The notes under the pieces were generated by a model. It was not told the DNA's origin. It did not search any database and saw only the letters and a program-made list of their open reading frames with translations. The position numbers were made by a program, and so were the translations under genes. A DNA stretch of 64,000 bases from Nymphaea colorata (Eukaryota). Shown one piece after another: positions 1 to 14,012 of the stretch (the stretch's first letter is position 1; the number at the start of each line of letters is the position of its first letter). The DNA lies in assembly GCF_008831285.2 (NCBI RefSeq), contig NC_045138.2, forward strand, positions 33,418,001 through 33,482,000. Reading direction: 5' to 3'.

Positions 1-3000
1 GTCTAATATGATCTTCTTTAGATGTTGTACTTGGGTCTGGAAATGCTCGTGATCTACATTCCACTTTTCAGCATCATGTGGCAATCTCCTAAGCATCCTA
101 ATAAACAAGTTGAAAGGTCAAAAGTAATGAAAATGGTCATTGTCCTAAGATAAGGATTTTAAATTTCCATGCAGAAATAAACAAGTTGAAAGGTCAAAAG
201 TAATGAAAATGGTCATTGTCCTAAGATAAGGATTTTAAATTTCCATGCAGATTTATTACATATGAAATACTCAATACAAGATCTTTGAACGATGAACATC
301 AAAGATAATTATCCAACTTTGGAGTATCCTCATCCGTAGTTCAAATATTTATACCAATCTTCTTGACAAAATAATCTAAAGAATCATTAAAGATCATAAA
401 GTGTTCATATATTATACTTCTCCTTTTCTAAGATAGTCCACAATCAACTTCTCAAACCGTCAATCATACGTCCAACATTTATTTGACGAGAAAGAATTTT
501 TTAGAAATGATATAAGATGTCAAATGGCAACTTGGAACAGACGTCCCATCTGACCCGGACAAAATGTTGAACTCGTATTTAAAATTTCGTTATGAATGAG
601 AAGTCTAGTCCGATCCGGCATAAGTCTTGCACTTTCGTTTGGGACCAATGACTTGAATAAGAGGGTTAACCTGATTCTTATCTTGGGCGTGGACTAGAGG
701 TCTTATCTGTCCGCCTTTAAGTGCTGGATTTGGATTTTGCAACAATAGTGTAGATCACAAGTCTAATATGTTCATAATTAAATGTAGTGCATCGATTTGC
801 AATAAAGTGTAGGATCGACACCTACGATCCACTTGTCCAATTGATAAATATTTCAATTTTCCATGCATAATTATAACATACGAAATATTCAATACAAAAT
901 CTTGCAATGGGGGACATGATAGATAATTTCAAGGTTGAATTATCCAAATATGGTTCAAATATTAATATCAATCTTCTTAACAACTGTCCAAAAATAATTG
1001 AATATCATAAATTATTCATATAGTATACATCACTTTTTCTAAGATCGTCCACAATCGACTTTTCGAACCACCACTCATACATCCAACATTCATTTGACGA
1101 GAATGGATATCATACCAATGATACACAATGTCATATTGGGACTTTGGATCAGAGGTCTGACCTGACCCAGATAAGCAATTGAGCTCGGACTTAAAATCTC
1201 GATTGGAATCAGGGGTCTAATCTGATTCGTCTTCGGTGTTGCTCGTATTTAAAATCTCGATTTGAATCAGGGGTCTAATCTGATCCATCTTAGGTGTTGG
1301 ATTTTGATTTGGAAAAAATGATTTGGGTTATAGGCTGAATTTGATTCAATTAAGATGTTGAAGTTGGATCAGGGGTCTCATTTGATCCGCTATAAACGTT
1401 GAAATTTAGATCATAGGTTCGAAACCAGAGGTGTGATACGTCCGGCTTTAGGCGTTTGCAACCAAAGTCTACATCACAAGTCTAATATGATCTTCTTTAG
1501 ACGTTGTACTTGGGTCTGGATATGATCGTGATCTATATTACACTTTTCAGCATCATGTGGCAATCTCCTAAGCATCACAATAAACAAGTTGAAAGGTCAA
1601 AAGTATTGAAAATGATCATTGTCATAAGATAAGGATTTTAAATTTTCATGGACATTTATTACATATGAAATATTCAATACAAGATCTTTGAACGAGAAAC
1701 ATCAAAGATAATTATCCAACTTTGGAATATCCTCATCCATGGTTCAAATATTTATACCAATCTTCTTGACAAAATAATCCAAAGAATCTTTAAAGATCAC
1801 AAAGTGTTCATGTAGTATCCTTCCCCTTTTCTTAAATAGTCCACAATCAACTTCTCAATCCATCAATCATACGTCCAACATTTATTTGATGAGAAAGAAT
1901 TTCATAGAAATGAGAGAAAATGTCAAATGGCAAGTTGGACATAAGCCTGATCTGAACCGGGCAAAATGTTGAACTCGGATTTAAAATCTCGGTATGAATC
2001 AGAAGTCTAGTTCGATCTGGCATAACTCTTGAATTTTTGGTTTGGGACCAATGACTTGAATAAGACGCTAAACCTGATTCTTATCTTGGGCATGGACTAA
2101 AGGTCTTAACTGTCCACCTTTAATTGCTGGATTTGGATTTTATAACAATAGTGTAGATCACAAGTCTAATATGATCATATTTAAATGCAGTGCAACGATT
2201 TGCAATGAAGTGTAGGATCGACACCTACGATTCACTTGTCCAATTGATAAATATTTCAATTTTCCATGCATAATTCTAACATACGAAATATTCAATAAAA
2301 AATCTTGCAATGGGGACATGACTGATAATTTCAAGGTTGAATTATCCAAATATTAATATCAATCTTCTTTACAACTGTCCAAAAATAATTGAATATCATA
2401 AATTGTTCATATAGTATACATCACTTTTTCTAAAATCGTCCACAATCGACTTTTCGAACCACCACTCATACATCCAACATTCATTTGACGAGAATGGATA
2501 ACATACCAATGATACACAATGTCATATTGGCACTTCGGATCAGAGGTCTGACCTGACCCAGATAAGCAATTGAGCTCCGATTTAAAATCTCGATTGGAAT
2601 CAGGGGTCTAATCTGATTCGTCTTAGGTGTTGCTCAGATTTAAAATCTCGATTTGAATCAGGGGTCTAATCTGATCCAGCTTAGGTGTTGGATTTTGATT
2701 TGGAAAAAATGATTTGGGTTGTAGGCTGAATTTGATTCAATTAAGATGTTGAATTTGAATCAGGGGTCTCATCTGATCCGGTATAAACGTTGAAATTTAA
2801 ATCATAGGTTCGAAACCAGAGGTGTGATATGTCCGGCTTTAGGCGTTTGCAACCAAAGTCTAGATCACAAGTCTAATATGATCTTCTTTAGATGTTGTAC
2901 TTGAGTCTGGATTTATGTCTATGATCGTGATCTACATTCCACTTTTCAGCATCATGTGGTAATCTCCTAAGCATCCTAATAAACAAGTTGAAAGGTCAAA

Positions 3001-6000
3001 ACTAATGAAAATGATCATTGTCCTAAGATAAGGATTTTAAATTTCCATGCACATTTATTACATATGAAATATTCAATACAAGATCTTTGAACGAGGAACA
3101 TCAAAGATAATTATCCAACTTTGGAATATCCAACTCCATGATTCAAATATTTATAACAATCTTCTTGACAAAATAATCCAAAGAATCATTAAAGATCACA
3201 AAGTGTTCATATAGTATCCTTCTCTTTTTCTAAAATAGTCAACAATCAACTTCTCAAACCGTCAATCATACGTCCAACATTTATTTCACGAGAAAGAATT
3301 TCATAGAAATGATAGAAGATGTCAAATGGCAAGTTGGACATAGGCCTGATCTGAACCAGACAAAATGTTGAACTCGGATTTAAAATCTCGGTATGAATCA
3401 GAAGTCTAGTCCGATCCGGCATAACTGTTGAATTTTAGTTTGGGACCAATGATTTGAATAAGACGCTTAACCTGAATCTCATCTTGGGTCTGGACCAGAG
3501 GTCTAATCTGTCCGCCTTTATGTGTTGGATTTGGAATTTGCAACAACAGTGTAGATCACAAGTCTAATATGATCATATTTAAATGTAGTGCATCGATTTG
3601 CAATGAAGTGTAGGATTGACACCTACGATCCACTTGTCCAATTGATAACTATTTCAATTTTCCATGCATAATTATAACATACAAAATATTCAATAAAAAA
3701 TCTTGCAATGGAGGACATGATAGGTAATTTCAAGGTTGAATTATCCAAATATGGTTCAAATATTAATATCAATCTTCTTGACAACTGTCCAAAAATAATT
3801 GAATATCATAAATTGTTCATATAGTACACATCACTTTTTCTAAAATCGTCCACAATCGACTTTTCGAACCACCACTCATACATCCAATATTCATTTGACG
3901 AGAATGGATATCATGCCAATGATACACAATGTCATATTGGCACTTTGGATCAGAAGTCTGACCTGACCCAGATAAGCAATTGAGCTCCGATTTAAAATCT
4001 CGATTGGAATCAGGGGTCTAATCTGATTCGTCTTAGGTGTTGCTCGGATTTAAAATCTCGATTTGAATCAGGGGTCTAATCTGATCCATCTTAGGTGTTG
4101 GATTTTGATTTGGAAAAAATGATTTGGGTTATAGGCTGAATTTGATTCAATTAAGATGTTGAATTTGGATCAGGGGTCTCATCTGATCCGGTATAAACGT
4201 TGAAATTTAGATCATAGGTTCAAAACCAGAGGTGTGATATGTTCGGCTTTAGGCGTTTGCAACCAAAGTCTAGATCACAAGTCTAATATGATCTTCTTTA
4301 GATGTTGTACTTGAGTCTGGATTTATGTCTATGATCGTGATCTACATTCCACTTTTCAGCATCATGTGGTAATCTCCTAAGCATCCTAATAAACAAGTTG
4401 AAAGGTCAAAACTAATGAAAATGATCATTGTCCTAAGATAAGGATTTTAAATTTCCATGCACATTTATTACATATGAAATATTCAATACAAGATCTTTGA
4501 ACGAGGAACATCAAAGATAATTATCCAACTTTGGAATATCCAACTCCATGATTCAAATATTTATAACAATCTTCTTGACAAAATAATCCAAAGAATCATT
4601 AAAGATCACAAAGTGTTCATATAGTATCCTTCTCTTTTTCTAAAATAGTCAACAATCAACTTCTCAAACCGTCAATCATACGTCCAACATTTATTTCACG
4701 AGAAAGAATTTCATAGAAATGATAGAAGATGTCAAATGGCAAGTTGGACATAGGCCTGATCTGAACCAGACAAAATGTTGAACTCGGATTTAAAATCTCG
4801 GTATGAATCAGAAGTCTAGTCCGATCCGGCATAACTGTTGAATTTTAGTTTGGGACCAATGATTTGAATAAGACGCTTAACCTGAATCTCATCTTGGGTC
4901 TGGACCAGAGGTCTAATCTGTCCGCCTTTATGTGTTGGATTTGGAATTTGCAATAACAGTGTAGATCACAAGTCTAATATGATCATATTTAAATGTAGTG
5001 CATCGATTTGCAATGAAGTGTAGGATCGACACCTACGATCCACTTGTCCAATTGATAACTATTTCAATTTTCCATGCATAATTATAACATACAAAATATT
5101 CAATAAAAAATCTTGCAATGGAGGACATGATAGGTAATTTCAAGGTTGAATTATCCAAATATGGCTCAAATATTAATATCAATCTTCTTGACAACTGTCC
5201 AAAAATAATTGAATATCATAAATTGTTCATATAGTACACATCACTTTTTCTAAAATCGTCCACAATCGACTTTTCGAACCACCACTCATACATCCAATAT
5301 TCATTTGACGAGAATGGATATCATGCCAATGATACACAATGTCATATTAGCACTTTGGATCAGAAGTCTGACCTGACCCAGATAAGCAATTGAGCTCCGA
5401 TTTAAAATCTCGATTGGAATCAGGGGTCTAATCTGATTCGTCTTAGGTGTTGCTCGGATTTAAAATCTCGATTTGAATCAGGGGTCTAATCTGATCCATC
5501 TTAGGTGTTGGATTTTGATTTGGAAAAAATGATTTGGGTTATAGGCTGAATTTGATTCAATTAAGATGTTGAATTTGGATCAGGGGTCTCATCTGATCCG
5601 GTATAAACGTTGAAATTTAGATCATAGGTTCAAAACCAGAGGTGTGATATGTCCGGCTTTAGGCGTTTGCAACCAAAGTCTAGATCACAAGTCTAATATG
5701 ATCTTCTTTAGATGTTGTACTTGAGTCTGGATTTATGTCTATGATCGTGATCTACATTCCACTTTTCAGCATCATGTGGTAATCTCCTAAGCATCCTAAT
5801 AAACAAGTTGAAAGGTCAAAACTAATGAAAATGATCATTGTCCTAAGATAAGGATTTTAAATTTCCATGCACATTTATTACATATGAAATATTCAATACA
5901 AGATCTTTGAACGAGGAACATCAAAGATAATTATCCAACTTTGGAATATCCAACTCCATGATTCAAATATTTATAACAATCTTCTTGACAAAATAATCCA

Positions 6001-9000
6001 AAGAATCATTAAAGATCACAAAGTGTTCATATAGTATCCTTCTCTTTTTCTAAAATAGTCAACAATCAACTTCTCAAACCGTCAATCATACGTCCAACAT
6101 TTATTTCACGAGAAAGAATTTCATAGAAATGATAGAAGATGTCAAATGGCAAGTTGGACATAGGCCTGATCTGAACCAGACAAAATGTTGAACTCGGATT
6201 TAAAATCTCGGTATGAATCAGAAGTCTAGTCCGATCCGGCATAACTGTTGAATTTTAGTTTGGGACCAATGATTTGAATAAGACGCTTAACCTGAATCTC
6301 ATCTTGGGTCTGGACCAGAGGTCTAATCTGAACGCCTTTATGTGTTGGATTTGGAATTTGCAACAACAGTGTAGATCACAAGTCTAATATGATCATATTT
6401 AAATGTAGTGCATCGATTTGCAATGAAGTGTAGGATCGACACCTACGATCCACTTGTCCAATTGATAACTATTTCAATTTTCCATGCATAATTATAACAT
6501 ACAAAATATTCAATAAAAAATCTTGCAATGGAGGACATGATAGGTAATTTCAAGGTTGAATTATCCAAATATGGTTCAAATATTAATATCAATCTTCTTG
6601 ACAACTGTCCAAAAATAATTGAATATCATAAATTGTTCATATAGTACACATCACTTTTTCTAAAATCGTCCACAATCGACTTTTCGAACCACCACTCATA
6701 CATCCAATATTCATTTGACGAGAATGGATATCATGCCAATGATACACAATGTCATATTGGCACTTTGGATCAGAAGTCTGACCTGACCCAGATAAGCAAT
6801 TGAGCTCCGATTTAAAATCTCGATTGGAATCAGGGGTCTAATCTGATTCGTCTTAGGTGTTGCTCGGATTTAAAATCTCGATTTGAATCAGGGGTCTAAT
6901 CTGATCCATCTTAGGTGTTGGATTTTGATTTGGAAAAAATGATTTGGGTTATAGGCTGAATTTGATTCAATTAAGATGTTGAATTTGGATCAGGGGTCTC
7001 ATCTGATCCGGTATAAACGTTGAAATTTAGATCATAGGTTCAAAACCAGAGGTGTGATATGTTCGGCTTTAGGCGTTTGCAACCAAAGTCTAGATCACAA
7101 GTCTAATATGATCTTCTTTAGATGTTGTACTTGAGTCTGGATTTATGTCTATGATCGTGATCTACATTCCACTTTTCAGCATCATGTGGTAATCTCCTAA
7201 GCATCCTAATAAACAAGTTGAAAGGTCAAAACTAATGAAAATGATCATTGTCCTAAGATAAGGATTTTAAATTTCCATGCACATTTATTACATATGAAAT
7301 ATTCAATACAAGATCTTTGAACGAGGAACATCAAAGATAATTATCCAACTTTGGAATATCCAACTCCATGATTCAAATATTTATAACAATCTTCTTGACA
7401 AAATAATCCAAAGAATCATTAAAGATCACAAAGTGTTCATATAGTATCCTTCTCTTTTTCTAAAATAGTCAACAATCAACTTCTCAAACCGTCAATCATA
7501 CGTCCAACATTTATTTCACGAGAAAGAATTTCATAGAAATGATAGAAGATGTCAAATGGCAAGTTGGACATAGGCCTGATCTGAACCAGACAAAATGTTG
7601 AACTCGGATTTAAAATCTCGGTATGAATCAGAAGTCTAGTCCGATCCGGCATAACTGTTGAATTTTAGTTTGGGACCAATGATTTGAATAAGACGCTTAA
7701 CCTGAATCTCATCTTGGGTCTGGACCAGAGGTCTAATCTGTCCGCCTTTATGTGTTGGATTTGGAATTTGCAACAACAGTGTAGATCACAAGTCTAATAT
7801 GATCATATTTAAATGTAGTGCATCGATTTGCAATGAAGTGTAGGATCGACACCTACGATCCACTTGTCCAATTGATAACTATTTCAATTTTCCATGCATA
7901 ATTATAACATACAAAATATTCAATAAAAAATCTTGCAATGGAGGACATGATAGGTAATTTCAAGGTTGAATTATCCAAATATGGTTCAAATATTAATATC
8001 AATCTTCTTGACAACTGTCCAAAAATAATTGAATATCATAAATTGTTCATATAGTACACATCACTTTTTCTAAAATCGTCCACAATCGACTTTTCGAACC
8101 ACCACTCATACATCCAATATTCATTTGACGAGAATGGATATCATGCCAATGATACACAATGTCATATTGGCACTTTGGATCAGAAGTCTGACCTGACCCA
8201 GATAAGCAATTGAGCTCCGATTTAAAATCTCGATTGGAATCAGGGGTCTAATCTGATTCGTCTTAGGTGTTGCTCGGATTTAAAATCTCGATTTGAATCA
8301 GGGGTCTAATCTGATCCATCTTAGGTGTTGGATTTTGATTTGGAAAAAATGATTTGGGTTATAGGCTGAATTTGATTCAATTAAGATGTTGAATTTGGAT
8401 CAGGGGTCTCATCTGATCCGGTATAAACGTTGAAATTTAGATCATAGGTTCAAAACCAGAGGTGTGATATGTTCGGCTTTAGGCGTTTGCAACCAAAGTC
8501 TAGATCACAAGTCTAATATGATCTTCTTTAGATGTTGTACTTGAGTCTGGATTTATGTCTATGATCGTGATCTACATTCCACTTTTCAGCATCATGTGGT
8601 AATCTCCTAAGCATCCTAATAAACAAGTTGAAAGGTCAAAACTAATGAAAATGATCATTGTCCTAAGATAAGGATTTTAAATTTCCATGCACATTTATTA
8701 CATATGAAATATTCAATACAAGATCTTTGAACGAGGAACATCAAAGATAATTATCCAACTTTGGAATATCCAACTCCATGATTCAAATATTTATAACAAT
8801 CTTCTTGACAAAATAATCCAAAGAATCATTAAAGATCACAAAGTGTTCATATAGTATCCTTCTCTTTTTCTAAAATAGTCAACAATCAACTTCTCAAACC
8901 GTCAATCATACGTCCAACATTTATTTCACGAGAAAGAATTTCATAGAAATGATAGAAGATGTCAAATGGCAAGTTGGACATAGGCCTGATCTGAACCAGA

Positions 9001-10240
9001 CAAAATGTTGAACTCGGATTTAAAATCTCGGTATGAATCAGAAGTCTAGTCCGATCCGGCATAACTGTTGAATTTTAGTTTGGGACAATGATTTGAATAA
9101 GACGCTTAACCTGAATCCCATCTTGGGTCTGGACCAGAGGTCTAATCTGTCCGCCTTTATGTGTTGGATTTGGAATTTGCAACAACAGTGTAGATCACAA
9201 GTCTAATATGATCATATTTAAATGTAGTGCATCGATTTGCAATGAAGTGTAGGATCGACAACTGCGATCCACTTTTCAACATCATGTGGGTGATCTCCAA
9301 AGCATCTTAATAAACAAGTTGAAAGAACATGAGTAATGAAAATGATCTTTGTCCAATTGATAAATATTTCAATTTTTCATGTATAATTATAACATACGAA
9401 ATATTCAATACAAAATCTTGCAATGGAGGACATGATAGATAATTTCGAAGGTTGAATTATCCAAATATGGTTCAAATATTAATATCAAGCTTCTTGACAA
9501 CAAGTCTAAAAATAATTGAATATCATAAATTCTTCATATAGTATACATCACTTTTTCTAAAATCGTCTACAATCAACTTTCCGAACCACCACTCATAGAG
9601 CCAACATTTATTTGATGAGAATGAATATCATGCCAACGATACGCAATGTCACATTGGAACTTTGGATCAGAGGTCTGACCAAACCCAGATAAGCTATTGA
9701 GCTCGAATTTAAAATCTCGATTTGAAATAGGGGTCTCATCTGATCCGTCTTAGGTGTTGGATTTTGATTTGGATCAGGGGTCTCATCTGATCCAGTAGGT
9801 CTGATATGTCCGGTTTTAGGTGTTTGCAAATAGAGTCTAAATCATAGGTCTATTATGATCATATTTAGATGTTGTACTTGAGTTTGGATTTATGCCTATG
9901 ATCGTGATCTACAATCTACTTTTCAGCATCATGTGGGCAATCTCCTAAGCATTCAAACAAACAAGTAGAAAGGTCATAAGTAATGAAAATGATCATTATC
10001 CCAAAGATAAGAATTTTAATTTTTCATGCACATTTATTACATTGAAATATTAAGTAACAAATCTTTGAATGGGGAACATCAAAGATAATTATCCAACCTT
10101 CGAATATCTTAATCCATCATTCAAATATTTATATCAATCTTCTTGGGTAAATAATCCAAAGAATATCATAGAAATGATAGAAGATGTCAAATTGAAATTT
10201 GGATCAGAGGTCTGATCTGACCAAGAGAAAGTGTTGAAAG
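1..10240. repeat. Tandem macro-repeat array, 1410-bp unit, about 7 copies, runs off the left edge of the window
   Basis: The anchor gtctaatatgatcttcttta recurs at 1, 1480, 2871, 4281, 5691, 7101 and 8511, with a degenerate copy near 9848. The period is exactly 1410 bp from 2871 to 8511. Each unit is a dimer of two diverged ~700-bp monomers (second monomer starts at 761, 2164, 3562, 4972, 6382, 7792, 9201). No credible ORF. Confidence 0.97.
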
Positions 10241-11289
10241 TTGTACTTGCAAAATTTTTAAAAATGGAATAACATTTAAAGCTTTTGAAATTTTTTTAAG
10301 ATTCTACTTATGAAATGTGCGGGTCTACAAAACTCGTGAAATTTGTGGGTTTGTTAATGAAAAAAAGTTTGAAATGCATGAGCTTTCCAAACTAGAAACT
10401 TTTTATGAAGATCTCACAAATTTCAAAGAGTGCAAAAGTTTAGCCAAAAGTTTTAAAAATGTCATACCTTCTAAAATCCCCAAACAATTGTCAAAGTCAT
10501 CAAAATGTTTAGCAAATTTTTGTTACAAAAGCGACACTTAAAAATTTTCAAAAATTGAAGAATATATCAATCTCTTGAAGATTGAAGACTTTACTCATAA
10601 GATGAGGGTCGCAAAGCCTGTGAAGTCATGAGCCTTGTAAATTTAAAACAGTTTGAAAAGTGCTTAAAATTTGTTTCACTAAAATTTGTCAAGTTAGTAA
10701 AAAAGTTTATCTCCCTTGTAAGAAGTTTAAAAAATGCAAGATTTTTGTAAAACGAGAAATATTTTCAAGAGACACTTGAAACTTTTTTTAAGAAATTATC
10801 GAATGGCTACGCTTTTAAGAATTTCAAACAATTTAAAAGTTTCACAAAAAACGGTTCAAAAAAGGGCAACTTATAAAAGCTGAAACCATTGTCAAAATCA
10901 CACAAAGTGTTCAAAAATTTTTTATAAGTTAGAAACAACATTTGAAATTCTTTCAAAAATAATCAAGTTATTGAAATTTCCAAAAAGTGTACTTTGAAAT
11001 TCATCAAAAAATTTTCAGTCATTATAAAATATGTAAAAAAACTTGTAAAACAAAAATAATTGTTATCATGTTTAGAAAAAATAATGCAAAAAAAAAACTC
11101 AAGATAATGGTAGCTTTAAACAGGCCGAAACAATTGCCAAAAGGTCTCTAGAAGACAAAAATTTTACAAGTTGAAACAATACTTCCAAAATTTTTAGAAA
11201 TTGAATGCGTTAAGCTAATTAAATCTTCATGATTTTACTTGTAAAATGTCAGAGTTTACAACAGTTGTGAAAGTTGTAAATTTTGTAAA

Positions 11290-11560
11290 TTAAAAACAGT
11301 TCGCAATGTAAGAGCTTTGTAAACTAGAAAAAACAATGATGATCTTGAAGGTCTCCTTTCCAAAATTGTTCATCTGAACGATGAAACAAATGTAGAAGAA
11401 CTCATTAAAGTGTTTATAACGATCCTCATGAGACAACCCATCAAAGGATGGTAACATTTGAATCAAATGGGGTTCAACCTCAAAGTTGTATGTTGCAATC
11501 TTAGGTCTTCTGATTGCAGGATGCATGAACAAAATATTCTTTGACTGGATGGATCTAGGG
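11290..11560 (-). mobile_element. Degenerate Ty3/gypsy (Athila-like) retrotransposon gag N-terminal remnant
   Basis: Translation NFEVEPHLIQMLPSFDGLSHEDRYKHFNEFFYIC resembles the NFE.K...IQMLP.F.G...EDP..H...F...C motif at the start of plant gypsy gag proteins. It truncates soon after; no pol, LTR or primer-binding site was recognised. Confidence 0.7.
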
Positions 11561-13922
11561 CCATGGATTTTGTGTGAATCTTAGCGTCACATTGTTCCCA
11601 TTAGTAGCAACACCTTCTTCATCCTTGTCTTGTCAGGACACTTTTTGCTTCCCATTTAAATTGATGAAGAATTCTTCCTAAAGTTTTTTGTCGTAGCATA
11701 CACTGCGAATACCCTTGATGTATGGCCCAGTTCCTACTTATGGCTTCTAGCTTAGCCTACCTCCTGTGAAAGGACAAGCCATAGTCCTAACTCAGCGAGT
11801 TGACAACAAAATAACTTTCACTGGCCATGAACAGTGCTAGAAATACTACAAATGAAAAATACACCAAAAGCAAGCAAACAGGAAATAAACAGAGTAAAGA
11901 TTTTCACCTTCATGACAAGTTCTGATAATGCAACAAAATTACAAAGATACAGACGTCCTAAATCCACCATAAATATGAAACAAAAGATAATTCTCCTAAA
12001 GAAAACAAGAGAATAAAAAAAATCTACAAAAAATTAAAAATCAAGGAATTTGATTTAGAGAACAGGGAAAACATAATTTTGTTTTTACAGAGAAGAAACA
12101 AGGATTTTGCCAAAAAATTCAATCTCTCTCTTTCTGCAACTCCACAAATTACAAACTTTTTGGCATACTTCCCACAAGTATTTAGAAAGTTACTGACCAA
12201 AAATGAGCCCAGAATTCTAACTTCAACCTTCAGAAATGTGTTCAGAAAGCCTCTATTCTGTTACATCGACAAGATTTCTTTGTTTTTGATAGTTTGAAAT
12301 CAACATGTCGAACTACGGATTCTTCTGAAAATATTTTCCTTAAGTAGCCTTTGGTCTTTGTTTTAAACAAATAAAATATGCCCAAATCAAAAGTTAGAAA
12401 TCTTCAACCAGATTCAATATTTTTAAATGAATTTAATTCTCAAACAACCTTCTGTTGAAGAATAGAATATGTAGGTTGGAAACTAGAGCTTTTCTTTTTT
12501 GTTTTTTACGGCTAGAAAGATGCACAAGCTACTCTAAAACATGCAAGCACTCAGGAACAAAAAAAAAAACATACAAATAAACTTTAACAAAATGAAAGCT
12601 CAAAAAATTAAAACAGAACTAACACTTACCTGTCCACTCGCCCATTTTCACGCAACCACCATAATAACTCAAGCAAGTAGATAAGTGAGCCTAGAAACAT
12701 GATGTATGTGAATCTACATGTAACTAACTATATTCAAAACCTATATGTAACTAACTAACTAATCGAACCTTAGAAAGCAATAAGAATATCAATAAAGCCA
12801 TTCTAAGACTTGGAAGTCCAAATACAACAAGCTTCACATATGATAAAAAAAGCTTTAAAAAAAAAAATTCAGATCCAAACAACTTCACAACAATCAATAT
12901 TGAGGCATCAACAAATTCAAAAGTCTATAGACAGGGACCAGACGACTTCATATATGGTCTGAGACTGAATATTTCCACGCAAAAAAAAGGAATTGAACAC
13001 TTCACCTTCCAATAGCGTGATCTTCTACAACACTTACGATCAGACCCACAATAGATCTCCTCCACCACACCCACAATCAGACACACTTTTGATTTATTTT
13101 CCAGCACAAATGCTCTGATCCCCATCTGAGTTTTCTAACAGCAACGCATCAGATATGTGCCATTATACACGATGTCCACACTCCACAAGTTTTAGATTTA
13201 CCTGAGCAATCAAGAGAAAGAGGCATTGCTGCATTGTGGTTGCAACTGATCAGATCCAAGATCGTCAGATCACCTAGGATATCAATAGATTTTAGTGATT
13301 AACACATCCAGGAAGGAGACTACGACAACTAGAAAACACCCACAATTGAGATACGTTAGATCACATCTAGAGATGGTGTCAGATGGCCTTAGATTCAAGC
13401 TACCCTTGATTCCGTGTTGACAATGAAGGAAGAGAATCAAAAAAAATGTCCTTTATTAACTCTAAGACTAGTCTGATGAGACGAAAGAAAAAGGTTCAAG
13501 AGAAAAAATAGCAAACACCATGAATAAGATGGAAACGTGAGAGAGAAGAGAAGGGAAGAGTAGTTAATTTAATGGTCAGTGGTTTGGGTATGCAGTAAAG
13601 AAGGAAGAAACAAACAATACCTCAAAACCAGACCCTCCAATGGCTGCCAAGGAGGCGAGTAGGCTCCGAAGGGGTTCATGTGAGAAGGTTTAGGGCTGCC
13701 GATCAGCGGATCTTCGATGGCCTTCGCCGGCTCGGAGCGATTCGAGATTAGGTTCGTCGGATTCGCAAACCCAAGAAACCTGTCCCCGGAGCCCGAAAAG
13801 TTCGTTGCATCCACCGGCTCTGCCTCTGCTTGAAACCACAAGCCCCAGCCACGACAACGACCAGTGCGGGCTCTCTCTCCCTCTCTCTCTCTCTCTCGCT
13901 CTGTGGCTATCTCCTTCTCCCG

Positions 13923-14012
13923 CGGCATCGGCTTTCAAGAAAGAGGTCTTCCGCTCCCACTCTCCCACGGCATCGGCTTTCAAGAAAGAGGTCTTCCGCT
14001 CCCACTCTCCCC
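13923..14012. repeat. 45-bp direct tandem duplication in a GC-rich island
   Basis: cggcatcggctttcaagaaagaggtcttccgctcccactctccc occurs at 13923 and 13968, next to a (CT)n tract at about 13871-13897. Confidence 0.9.

Noticed and set aside
1..10240. Left array as rDNA spacer or 5S rDNA
   Set aside because: No rRNA coding sequence recognised in the unit.
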